The notes under the pieces are model-generated. The model saw only the letters and a program-made list of their open reading frames with translations, was not told the DNA's origin and made no database searches. Of a stretch of 64,000 bases of DNA, positions 38,291-49,321 are shown piece after piece. Position 1 is the stretch's first letter. Each line of letters starts with the position of its first letter. The position numbers were made by a program, and so were the translations under genes. Origin of the DNA: Azolla caroliniana (taxonomy: Eukaryota > Plantae > Polypodiophyta); assembly GCA_043228905.1 (NCBI GenBank), contig JBHGNT010000010.1, positions 13,702,001 to 13,766,000 of the forward strand, read 5' to 3'.

Positions 38291-38297
38291 GTTTAAT
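38253..38297 (-). promoter_or_regulatory. -1 frameshift signal at gag/pol of element F
   Basis: A_TTA_AAC, 6-nt spacer, perfect 11-bp stem GTCCAACCAAA/TTTGGTTGGAC; the -1 frame is open into the protease ORF. Confidence 0.7.
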
Positions 38298-39397
38298 ATT
38301 TCATCAAGTTGACTCAAGACTTCAAAACTATTAGACTGACCATGACATGTGGGACTACTAGGGCTAGACGATCTAACTAGAGAATTGGAATGAAGATTCT
38401 CACTAATACTTACTTGATTTACTTGTCGTTTTGGCCTATGTGGGCATGTGATCGCGATGTGTCCTGGACCACCACAATACAAACATAGACGGTTTGCTCG
38501 ACGTCTTTGCTTCTTAGCTGCAGATAAAGGCCCTCGACGACGTGTTACATCGATCTCCATTGGACTTGGACCACTTGATGGAATCATGTGTGATGTTTGG
38601 GTAGTGCTCGTAGGTGTCGAGGCTACTACCGAAGCATATGTTTGATCTGTTCTTGGTCGTGACATTAATTGACGCTCCGAACGTCGCTCAAATAAGCGGT
38701 TGTCACGTCGCACTGCACGACTTATCACTTCTGTAAGTGATCTTGGATCTTCATGAAAAGTTAATAGCAAATCCTTTACATAATTTCTTAGTCCATAGCG
38801 AAATTGATCCATTAAGGCTTCTTCATCCCACGGAATATCACAAGCTAGGAGGCGGAAATCTGTGGCATAGGTAGAGGCAAGACGGTCCCCTTGACGAAGT
38901 CTTCGAATCTTGTTAATCGCTGTTCTAACACTATCAGTGTCTCCAAAGTTTGCTTGAAATTCTCTAATAAAACCTTCGAAGTCTTGGAGAAGAGGAGACT
39001 TCTTTTCTAGTAGTGGTGCAAACCATGCTAATGCAGTTCTTGTTAAGAGGGTCCCAACTAGTCCAACTTGAGCTGCATCAGTCGGATACCTATTAGGGTG
39101 CATATGAATCACTAGACGTACTTGGTTTAGAAACCCTCGAAACTGTGATCGATTACCATTGAACTTCCCAAGAAAACAAATCTTCGGTTCTTTGGGACAG
39201 GTTTGTTGCATTGAAGCTTGTTGATGAAGAGACCGCAATGTTGTTTCGAGTTGCAATACGCGTGTCGATAACTCATCATATTGTTGTGCCTTTTCTATGC
39301 TTACTTGTTGCAAATCTCCAAGCAATCGATGATTCTCTTGTTCTAACGGCACAAACTTATTTGCGAGATGTTCTAGTTTCAGAGACGACTCGAACAT
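38285..39397 (-). CDS. gag: Element F gag (PEG10/sushi-type capsid plus CCHC knuckle)
   Basis: KFNGNRSQFRGFLNQ..ALAWF..LRQG..; PMEID; CLYCGGPGHIAITCP. Confidence 0.88.
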   Translation of the reverse strand: MFESSLKLEHLANKFVPLEQENHRLLGDLQQVSIEKAQQYDELSTRVLQLETTLRSLHQQASMQQTCPKEPKICFLGKFNGNRSQFRGFLNQVRLVIHMHPNRYPTDAAQVGLVGTLLTRTALAWFAPLLEKKSPLLQDFEGFIREFQANFGDTDSVRTAINKIRRLRQGDRLASTYATDFRLLACDIPWDEEALMDQFRYGLRNYVKDLLLTFHEDPRSLTEVISRAVRRDNRLFERRSERQLMSRPRTDQTYASVVASTPTSTTQTSHMIPSSGPSPMEIDVTRRRGPLSAAKKQRRRANRLCLYCGGPGHIAITCPHRPKRQVNQVSISENLHSNSLVRSSSPSSPTCHGQSNSFEVLSQLDEILND

Positions 39398-39518
39398 ACG
39401 CTTGCTTGCTAACTGACAACATGGAGAGGATAATGTTTGGCAAGATTTTCAAGGAGAAGGAAGAAAGGAGAAGAGAGTGAGAGAGAGAGAGCAAGGAAGA
39501 AAGAGAGAAGGTAGGAAA

Positions 39519-39530
39519 ATTCTGGTTCAA
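39519..39530 (-). promoter_or_regulatory. Self-priming PBS of element F
   Basis: TTGAACCAGAAT, 2 nt after the 5' LTR, is complementary to ATTCTGGTTCAA (39680-39669), which lies 25 nt after TATATAA in the LTR. Confidence 0.8.
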
Positions 39531-40677
39531 ACTGTCAGGGCCAAAGTTAGGAACGAGTTTTAAAATGAAGAAGAGAATGAGAAGCGAAAGATATGAGAGA
39601 GATAAGAAGAATTTGATAATGTATTAACAATGAGAGCAATGTTTACAAGAATATATCGAAGACTGGCGTTGAACCAGAATGGTTCATCAATAGTCAAATA
39701 CATGGTTATATAGCATGGTTTAGATACATGCATGCTCGCCACCTCATAAGCACGCATGATCGCCACTTGGCATTCATGCAAGCATGCCCCTTAGCAATCA
39801 TGCATTAGCCTATGCAAGGTGGCGACAATTCAATAATATTATTATATGTATTTCCTATTGATATAATATAATTTATTATTTAATATATACAATATGATGT
39901 ATCCTAATGGATGAGGTTGTATGCCTTCTTTGAGGAGGTCATGGGTTCGAATCACCATAAAGCTTATTGGGTTTTGTATACACATGACACGTGGAGCGGA
40001 TGAGGCGTTTGTATACACATGACACGTGGAGCGGATGATGCGAGAATCAACGAGTGCCACCACGTAGAGCGATGATAAGACATTATCGCCAGACCCTATA
40101 TGGCAAGCTCTAGCGGACTGCGAAATTACGTTGACCATGGATAAGTTATTACTACTGGTTCCACGGTATTGACAGGTGGTAGAGAATCGCATATGGGGCA
40201 CCGTCAGACTAGAAATCTCGGCTAATTACACAAAGTCCAATACCGGTCCAGTAGTGGTAGATCACCATAACCCAACCATCAAAGTGGTACTTCAAGGCCA
40301 ATAAATAACAGGATGCATTGTCGATGGTGGTTTCGGCGTAAATGTCATCAGTAAAACCACTCGTGCTAGGTTGGGCATTACAGACTAGGAAGCATGCCCA
40401 TTCTGGCTCTGAATGGCAGACACTCGCTCCGTCAGACCTTTAGGTTTAATTCGGAAGCTACAAATCGTAGTCAACGGCCATCATTTTGAGATTTCTATGG
40501 TCGTGCTCGCGCTGGACGCCCCAAGAGCATACCCAATTTTGTTAGGAAAACCATGGTTATGGTTTGCTAATATCAAGCAGAACTGGCAACATAACTGCAT
40601 CAGCTTCCGACGCGGGCGAAGCAAGGTCCGCATACCGACGCAAGAAACATCTGCATCGACCAAAGCTATAATGCCAC

Positions 40678-43489
40678 TATAAATGAATTTGCGGAAGCGT
40701 TAGACAACCGGCTTAGATGGATAACAAGAGAGAGAGAGAGAGACATTAACACACAGAGTGTACACGGGAGAGATAGAGAATGAGCAGAACGTTCAAAATC
40801 TATTACAAAACAATAATAGTTCTCTATACATACAACGTGCTCAACAACACTATTTATACAAGTCCTAAGAGGACTGGCAGAAGTACGGTGTACTTCAATG
40901 CTCACACGAACGTTGTCGTGTGGTTTTTCACACACGATATGAAAACTAGAAAAATAAGTATTTAAGATTACCCTAATGTATTCATATGGAAAGATAGATG
41001 TCTTCAAGAGCTTCATAACGTATTTTACTACGCATGAAACGGATAAACAAGTATCAAGTTATGTGAGTGTGAAGTTTGAAGAAAAAAGAAGAAGAGAAAA
41101 GACAAAACTGTGAGATATCCCACATAGATAGGACAACATTGGAACCCAGGATATATAAGGGAAACCAAAACATATTCATTATATCAATGTGAGGAGCACA
41201 GAATGTTCAAGGAGACTTGGGCTACATTGTGTGGTGTGGACGCTTTGGGCGTATGCGCATATGCACGACCGTGTGGATGCTTCGGACATACGCGCGTGTG
41301 CGTGCATGGCCGCGTGGACGTTTTCGGATGTACGTGCGTGTGCAAGTTTCGGTAGTACGCGTGCACGGCTTTGTGGACGTTTCGGACAGATGCGTGTGTG
41401 CGGACGAGCGAGCGAATGCATACACGACACGTATGGATTGCGAATGGGCTAAACTTTATGGATGATTGGGTCATTTGGTCGAATTATACGGACAGTCGCA
41501 TGCAATTAAAAGCTAGGGCCATGCAACTAAAAGTAAAAGGCATGCAACTAAATGTAGAGGCTATGCAACTAAAAATAGAGGCCAGGCAACTAAAAGTGGA
41601 CATGCAAAGTAACATTGGGGAGGATCAACAAAGAGCTCAATATATGTCCCATTTTTTCTCTCTAGTTTTTTTTTTTCCCTTTCTTCTTCTTCTCTCTCTC
41701 ATTCCTTGGGGAAAGAAATCTCTCTCATATTGATATCGGACCACTCCTTACATGGTTGTTGGCTCCTTCCTTTCAAGAATAATCTCTCGTATTCATATTG
41801 AACCACTCCTTACATGGCTGTTGGCTCCTTTCTTTAAAAAATTTTATCTCTCATTTTCATCTCCAACCCGTTGTAACAAGATTCTTGATTTATAAAAGAA
41901 TCTATTTTCTTATGCTATAAACGAACGTTTTCTCTCATTTACTCGTCTTATATGTGAATTTTGCTTGTGTTATACGTGTTGCACTAAATCCTTCTAGTCC
42001 AGAACCCCGGCGGTTCCGCCTCGCGATCCGCACATAGTAACGGATTTTCATGATAGCGTCTGACACTAACTACGAGAAATTAACTACCTAGTAGTCTAGG
42101 CTGGTACTAGGCTTCGAGTTACTATTGGATTCGACTAACCGGTTCCGAAGCTCATCGGCTCGCTTGCTCACCAGCTCACCGATCCGGCTCATCCTTCTGG
42201 ATGCCGATCCGGCTCAAGCTTATTCAGTCGATCCGGATCCGATTGAGCTTGCCGCTTAAAACTTCCCCTCAAGCTCAACTTGAGCTCGGATCGTAGTGTT
42301 AGTCTCCATGGCAGACGGTCCTTCCACCCGACTCCTTCTGGCGTCACTCCACCTCGCTCGCACTCCTCGTCCGGTCCGGTCTCGTTTGCCGCGACCCTTC
42401 TGATTCTGCGCACCTCAACCTCCTCGGTCGGCTTGTCTGGTCAACAGGTCCAATTCAGCTCCCTCGCTACTGTGACTTCGACGCTTGCCGATTCGCCGAT
42501 TCCTTCGTGTTGGCATTGACTTTCGCTGCCTTCTCGCCCTCTTGGCCTTGAATTGATCTGGTTCTTCCGAATTCGTTTGTTGAACCAAGTCGACTGTCTC
42601 CGATTCGTTCCAGCTCTTGTCTGAATCGGTCGCTCCCAAATTGTTTTCTGGTTCTAGGCCCTTCACCACATCGGACCATGTCCGGGTCTTGGCCTTCTTC
42701 TTTCGGTTGGCTCTGTCCTTCTTGACTCTGCCGCCGCTGCCGCTTGTTCCGACTTGTTCGGATGTGTCAACTTCCTTTGTCGACTTGACCCCTTTCTTCT
42801 TCTTGTCTCTCCCTTTGTCAGTTCTTCCCTCACCGACGCAATCAATAGTTTCTTTGCCTTTGCCCGTTTTGGTGTCTTTGTTTGTTCTCCCCCTCAAGTG
42901 TGGCACGTCGAGATGCTCACCAAGCATTTTGGTGAAGTGCTGCAACTTGTCCGATCCGAGTGGTTTGGTGAAGATGTCGGCAACTTGCCGATCCGTATTA
43001 ACATACTGAAGTTTGACTTCACCGCTCAGGACACGCTCACACACGAAGTGGTAGTGCACTTCTATGTGCTTTGTGCGAGCATGGAATATGGGGTACTTGG
43101 CGAGCTGCATGTTGCTTATGTTGTCGCCGAAGTCAAATGGCTTCAAAGGTGGCAATGGTAGCGCCCCAGTATTCAGCCTCAGTGCTCGAAAGGGCCATTG
43201 TTGGCTGCTTTTTGCTGATCCACGCAACAGTCGCGCTACCAAGGGAAAACATATAGTCGGACGTGGATCGGCAATCCGATGCATCACCGGCCCAGTCGGC
43301 ATCGGTTTAGCCGACTAGCTCTTCGGTTATACCATGCCGGTATAACAGTCCCCGTTCCTTCGTGCCACTCACATATCGCAAAATTCAATGCGCGCACAGA
43401 AGACGCTCCACGGTCAGCTTCTGCATATATTGGTTGATCATGCCAACCGGATAACTGATGTCGGGTCGGGTGATTGTCAAATATATAAG
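40678..43489 (-). mobile_element. Copia-B 3' part: RT end, RNaseH, 3' extension, PPT, 3' LTR (40678-42261)
   Basis: [37 protein letters not shown]; FHARTKHIEVHYHF..ADIFTKPL; PPT TTGAGGGGAAG before an LTR homologous to the Copia-C LTR. Confidence 0.88.
40914..42055 (+). mobile_element. Solo LTR Y3 (family-Y related) inside the Copia-B 3' LTR
   Basis: TGTCGTG...CATGATA; U5 nearly identical to the Y1 LTR end; shares TGTGAGATATCCCACATAG; 4-bp TSD ACGT/GCGT; 21-bp repeats at ~41497-41605. Confidence 0.85.
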
Positions 43490-46400
43490 TGTTGAGCGGC
43501 AAGCTCAAGTGGAGCCGGATCATCTAAATAAGCTTGAGCCAGCAAGCGAGACGGATCGGTAAGCTGTGAGCAACCGAGCCATCAAGCAATAGAGCCGATG
43601 AGCTGGGGAGCCGGTTAGTCGGATCCAATCAATAATCGGAACCCTAGTATTAGTGTAGACTACTAGGCAATTATAGTCTCGTAGTAAGTGTCAGATGCTC
43701 GTGTGAGCATTGAAGTACGCGGTACTTCTATCAGTTCCACGAGGACTTGTATAAATAATGCTACTTAGCATAGTTGTATGCACAGAGTAATTATATTGTT
43801 TTTGAATATAGCTCTTACGTTCTGCTCTCTTTGTCTCTCCCACGTACTCTGTGTATTCCCTACTTTCTCTATTTTCTAATGCTTCCGCAAGTAATCGTTT
43901 ACATGGTATCAGAGCGCGAGGGTTGAGAACCTCCTCTACAGCCGAAAAACGCTTGAAAGCAAACCCTAACAGGTCGTAAAAGCAGACAGCGAGGCGAACT
44001 CAATGAAGAAGACCACTTCCAAATCGGAGGAAGTCTGGTATGTTGACTCCGGTGCGTCGAACCACATGATGAGCCACAAAGAGTGGTTCTCCTTTTTGGA
44101 AAAACCGGATCAACCAGGAGTAGTCGAAACCGGAGACGACACTCCTCACCCAATCGTGCATGTCGGAGAAGTCCCTTTGAGCCACGTCAGACAGAAGGGG
44201 AAGCTGATGAACGTATTACACGTTCCGACAATCACGAAGAACTTGGTGTCGGTCGGACAAATTGTTGACCAAGGGATGCAGGTGCGGTTTACGCACCTCG
44301 GGTGCTTCATCGAGGAAGAAGGCCAGATTATTGCGCAAGGGCGCAGAGACGGGAGGATGTTTATCCTCGACACCAATGACATCGGCACCGCTCTGTTTGC
44401 AAAAGCATAGAAGGTCAAATCAGACATTGATCTGTGGCACAAGCAGATAGGCCACGCCAATTACTGGAGGCTTCAAGACCTGCAAACGAGACAAGTTGTT
44501 TTCGGTTTGCCGAAGTTCAGCGGCCGGAAGGCCCAAGTATGTGAAGAGTGCCAACTCGGGAAGCACCACCGGCTTCCATTCCTTACCGAACGTAACCGGA
44601 GCCGTAACAAGCTCGACCTAATCCATTCGGATGTGTGGGGACCGACACAGAGTGTTAGTCTTGGCGGGAGTCGATATTTCGTCTCCTTCATCGACGACTA
44701 TACACGACACACATGGATCTACCTCATTGAGGGTAAGAGTGAAGTCTTCGAGTGTTTCCGGAGTCTCCAAAGTATGGTGGCACGGGAATCGGAGAGGAAG
44801 ATCAAATGCCTATGGTTGGATGGAGGGAAAGAATACTTTTCCGGCCAATTCAACAGTTATTTGTAGCAAATGGGAATTCGGCGAGAGTTCAGCTGCAGAT
44901 GCACACCGCAACAGAACGGTGTTGCCGAGAGGAAGAACCGGTCGCTTATCGATGCGGCAAGGGCAATGCTAGAGGAGAAGAGCATGCCCAAATTCTATTG
45001 GGCGGAGGCAGTCCGAACGGCTGTCTACATCCAGAACCGGATCGATGACAAGGTGTGCTCACGAGTTGTATTTCGGGTGGAACCGAATTTGAGACACCTT
45101 AAGATCTTCGGTAGCATTGCATTTGTGCATGTACCGGATGAGAAGCGGAGGAAGTTGGATGCAAAATCGGAAAAATACATCCTAGTCGACTATGCTCAAG
45201 AGCAAAAGGGTTATAAGTGTTATAACCCCCAGACAAAGCAAGTCTGAATTAGTCGAAATGTCGAGTTTGATGAATGGCATCGTGGTACTCCTTACCGACT
45301 CCGACTTCCGAATCTGATCCGAAGCCAGTGGATGAGGCTAGTGATCCTGAACCGGCCCAGGTAGAGGATGATGAAGCGTGGACTCAGGATGAGAGTCTGG
45401 AATCGTTCCGAGTGAGTGGGCCAAACGAGAGACTAAGTCAATCTGACCAGTCCGATGAGGAATCGGCGAGTAGTGGAGACTCTGCGGTGCACGCGCAAAG
45501 AGAAGGGGAAGAAGAAGATGCAGGAATTCGAATCTGGCAATGATGAGTCAGATCAGTGTAGATCCGACTCCGGCAAGGAGAAAGGTGGATCTTCGGCAAT
45601 GAAGACCGAACCAGCCAAGAAGGGCCTCAAACCGGGTAACGGTGAGTTACGCCGGTCCACCCGCCAGAAGGATCCCATCAAGCAGTACGGGTACAATGAG
45701 TACATGGCGCATCACTATGCATACATGACTAAGGTGGTGGAAGTGCGTGAGCCGGAGAGCTACGTAGAAGCGGCCAAGGACGCAAATTGGCGTGCCGCTA
45801 TGGAGGAAGAAATGCGGGCACTTGATGTCAACAAGACATGGGAACTGGTTGACCCTCCTCGTCATTGTAAACCGATCGGATGCTCGTCACTGTAAACCGA
45901 TCGGATGCAAGTGGATATACAAAGTAAAGTACAACGCCGACGGTTCAGTTAACCGGTACAAGGCCCGGTTAGTGGCGAAGGGCTATGCACAGACCCACAG
46001 AATCGACTACGACGAGACCTTCGCTCCTGTAGCGAAGATGATGACGGTTCAAGTGGTGCTGGCGGTTGTTGCGGCAAGGGGGCAGCATCTTCATCAGATG
46101 GATGTGAAGAATGCATTTCTTCAAGGTGATCTGGAAGATGAAGTCTTTATGACTTAGCCTCCCGGTTTTCAATCGGAGATGAACAAGTCGGCAGTATGCC
46201 GGTGTCGTGAAGAAAACCGTCCCTTGGCGCAATCGGTGCATAGCGCGCGTGAACCGGCTCTTCACGTGTGCGCGCCCTTAATGTAAATAATAGGGAATTA
46301 AGTACAAAGGCATATCCGGGTAGTTAGATTCAGTGGGTGGGGAGTAAATGAGGGAGACGCAGGGGAGAAAGCATCGCGCATTAAGGAGGACGAAGTGCTG

Positions 46401-49271
46401 TCGGACCGTAACCGAACGCTTCTCCTCTGTTCGTTCTCGATCGCTCTTTTCTGCAGGGTTTCGGGAGGCTCGCGCTGCTTCAAGGAACGCCCGTGTGCTT
46501 CCGGCAGCACCTCCACCCTTTTCTCCCTTTCGTGCGCAGACAAACAAGCATCAACATCTGTTCGCTGGCCTGTTCGGTTGTAACCACCCACGCGCTTTGT
46601 TGTGTATTTGTGATTCGTTAATATACAAACTTTCGTGTCTCTCTGTCTCCGTGTCCATTCGTGTTCTCTGCGTTGACGGGCCGTGTCCCTGTGTTCTTTG
46701 CTCATACGTAACCGGTCGTCTTTCTCTTTCTCTTTCCCCTCCTATCACCTGCTCTTCGGTTCAAGACCCCGGTGGTCCCGCCTCGTTTCTCCACGCACGC
46801 GCGTAGTAACGCGACATCTTTGGTGAACCCGACGTGAACAAGGCGGCAGAGGAGCAGAAGATGAGGGGGTCGGATCTTGCAGAGGCCATGGCTTCGGCCG
46901 TGGACCGGATAGTGAGCGCGCGCGAGGGCACCGGCGCCCTTGACAGGGCTATTGAGGCGATCGTCGGCACGATCGGCCGGTTCAGTGGAAAGGATGCCAC
47001 GAGTTATTTGGCATCTTATCGGGCGGAGATGTTGATGAGGGATATTCCGGAAGAGAGGCGTCTTGCCGGATTCCCTCGAGTGGCGATGTCGGGCATCCAT
47101 GCGGAGGTGCTCGAGGTCCGGGCGGAGAGCCGGACCTGGGAGGAGTTCGAAGGACGGCTCCTGGAGAAATATGGGCTGGATGACGCGCTTCGACTTTCGA
47201 AGCGGGGCTTCATGGAGTGGGTGGAGTGGGTGGAGTCCCCCAACAAAGGAAGAAATGCGTCGGTACTCCTCTGGGAGTTTGAGGATCTCTTTGCGCGCCT
47301 TTCGGCACTCGATCGGACCGTTCTGGACACAAGTCGTGTCCTACTGTTTGTCAAATCGGTTGACGCACAGGATCGGGAGCAAGTGGGCTCCTTACTGGAA
47401 ACCGAAGACGGGCTGACGGCCGACTGGGCCGCGGTAAAAAGAGTCTGCGGCCGTTTTGACAAACGGTGGGAGTGGGCTGATACAGGGGCGACCGGGGTGG
47501 GTCCTGTCGCACCAAGGAAGCTCGAACCGATACCGTAGGCGCGAAGGGAAGAGACCAGGGAGTGGCCCGAAACCAGTTCGGCTTCGACCGACGTGGTCAG
47601 AGGCTCATCCGGGGGAACAGCTTTGGAGGAGTTGACACGGGCGGTAAAGGATCTCCAGATCGCCTAGGCTCGGAGGGAAGGTGGCGGCGAACAGGCTCGT
47701 GACTGACGGCCTCCGGCAGGAAATAGGTGCATGTGGTGTGACGAGGTTGGCCACATCTGGAAAGACTGCGGGGACTTTGCGGAGGCTTTGAGAAGCCGGG
47801 TAGTGTACTTGTGGGAAGGTCGGGTGCACGCCAGCGATACCGGGAGGGCCTTGAACCGAAACGATGGGTGAGGAGGAATGAAATGGCTGATGGAAGAAGC
47901 GGCAGCCCGGCACGCGGAGACTGTCCACTACTCAGCTTCAGCTGGTATCCGGGTCGGAGGTAGCGAGGCCCGGAAGGAGAGCAAAGCCGGGTTCTGGCCA
48001 ACGGTGCTGGAAGGCCTCGCCGGTGCCCGACTAAAGAGAGATGAGGCGGACCGCGCGGAGAAGCGGGTCCAGGAGGTAACCGGGTGGAGTGACCCGGTCG
48101 AAGAAAAGACGCGTTTCGTCGAAGCAGCTTTCCAGAACTATGAGGCTCTGGTTGAAGACAAACGGGTAGGTAAAACCGGAGGGTCCGGACCCTCACAGAG
48201 ATACGAAACCCGATTCGGGCCGAAACGGAACGAGGCCGGTGAGTCCAGTGCCCGGGATAACCACAAGAAGGGCGGATACCGTTTGGGCACGGAGATCGAA
48301 AGGACCACGGACCTACGAAAGGTCCTCGACAGTAAAGTGGAACTGTCGTTGCGGGAGGTGCTCGGAATCGCCAAGAAGGAGTTCCACGACTCCATCGTAG
48401 ACTTGGTGAAGAGGAAGAGGTTGTCGACGTAGGCAGAACCGGAAAGGTCGGTGGAGGTGCGGACGGTGCACATAGAGGACATGGCGTTGGAAGACGAGTG
48501 GGAGGAGAGCCACTATTCAAGGCCACACTGGGCCCGAGCAACCACGGAAACCCCGGTGAAGATCGGAGATGTTCAGGAACCGGTGGTGGCGCTGGTGGAC
48601 CACGGTTCTGAAATAAACCTGATGTCCATGGACTTCTACAGAAAGGGGAAATGGCCGATCAACACTAAGCACGGGTGGAAGATATGGGCGGCGACGCTCG
48701 CCACCGAGGAACTACACGGGGCCTGCCCAAACGTGCGAGTCAAGATCGGCGACGTCGAGATAGATAAACACTTCTTTGTGCAGGAGACGTCCTCGCACCC
48801 GGTCATACTGGGAGAACCGTACATTACGGCAGCGCGGATGGAGACCAAGGTGCTGGTGTTGTCTGCCTGGCCGGACTAGCCCCAACACAGGTGTCTATCC
48901 GACACTTCTCCAAAGGGGTAGTAAGGATTGGATGCTAGGTTACACGCGTAAGATGATTACAATTAAGCACAGATGGTAAACAATACGAAGATACAGATAA
49001 ACACACAATAATTACTTTTGTATTACTTCCGTCAAACCCTTTACAAATCATCGGATCCTTTTATAGGCATCCGGCAAGGTTACAATCCGTGCGCTTAGGC
49101 AACCGACATCCGAATCGGTCCGGATCCGGATCGGTACAACTGTACCGGATCCGGATCGGTACAACTGTACCGGATCTGTCCCTCCAAATAATAATTCTAC
49201 TATTATTTACTTCCTATTATCCGATCCGACTCCGCCTTCCCACTTGTCCTTGCTCTTATGACCGGCCAACA

Positions 49272-49321
49272 CATGGCATGCCCGTGGGAAAGTGCCTTGC
49301 ACTTCGAATCCACTCCCGACC
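49272..49321 (-). other. tRNA-3'-half-like element in place of the PPT of Gypsy-X2
   Basis: Sense strand GGTCGGGAGTGGATTCG-AAGTGCAAGGCACTT-TCCCACGGGCATGCCA-TG|LTR. Confidence 0.75.

Larger units (their letters stand above)
33468..39989 (-). mobile_element. Element F: full-length Tcn1/Tf1-sushi-like chromovirus
   Basis: 457-bp LTRs 33468-33924 and 39533-39989 (~5 differences); TSD CGTGG; PPT AAAGGAGGGGGATGG just inside the 3' LTR; no tRNA PBS. Confidence 0.95.
32875..40677 (+). mobile_element. Gypsy-X0: old degenerate family-X gag-PR fragment, host of F and Copia-B
   Basis: 32875-33467: CFVCQQLGHYATQC..PAVNTI..QVTT. 39990-40677: IVDGGFGVNVI, MADTRSVRPLGLIR, LLGKPWL. Homologous to X1/X2, many stops. 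Confidence 0.85.

Noticed and set aside
47597-48541. Long antisense ORFs (e.g. 47597-48541, 55476-56411, 24967-25617, 17494-18186)
   Set aside because: Shadows of GC-rich TE coding strands with no recognisable motifs.
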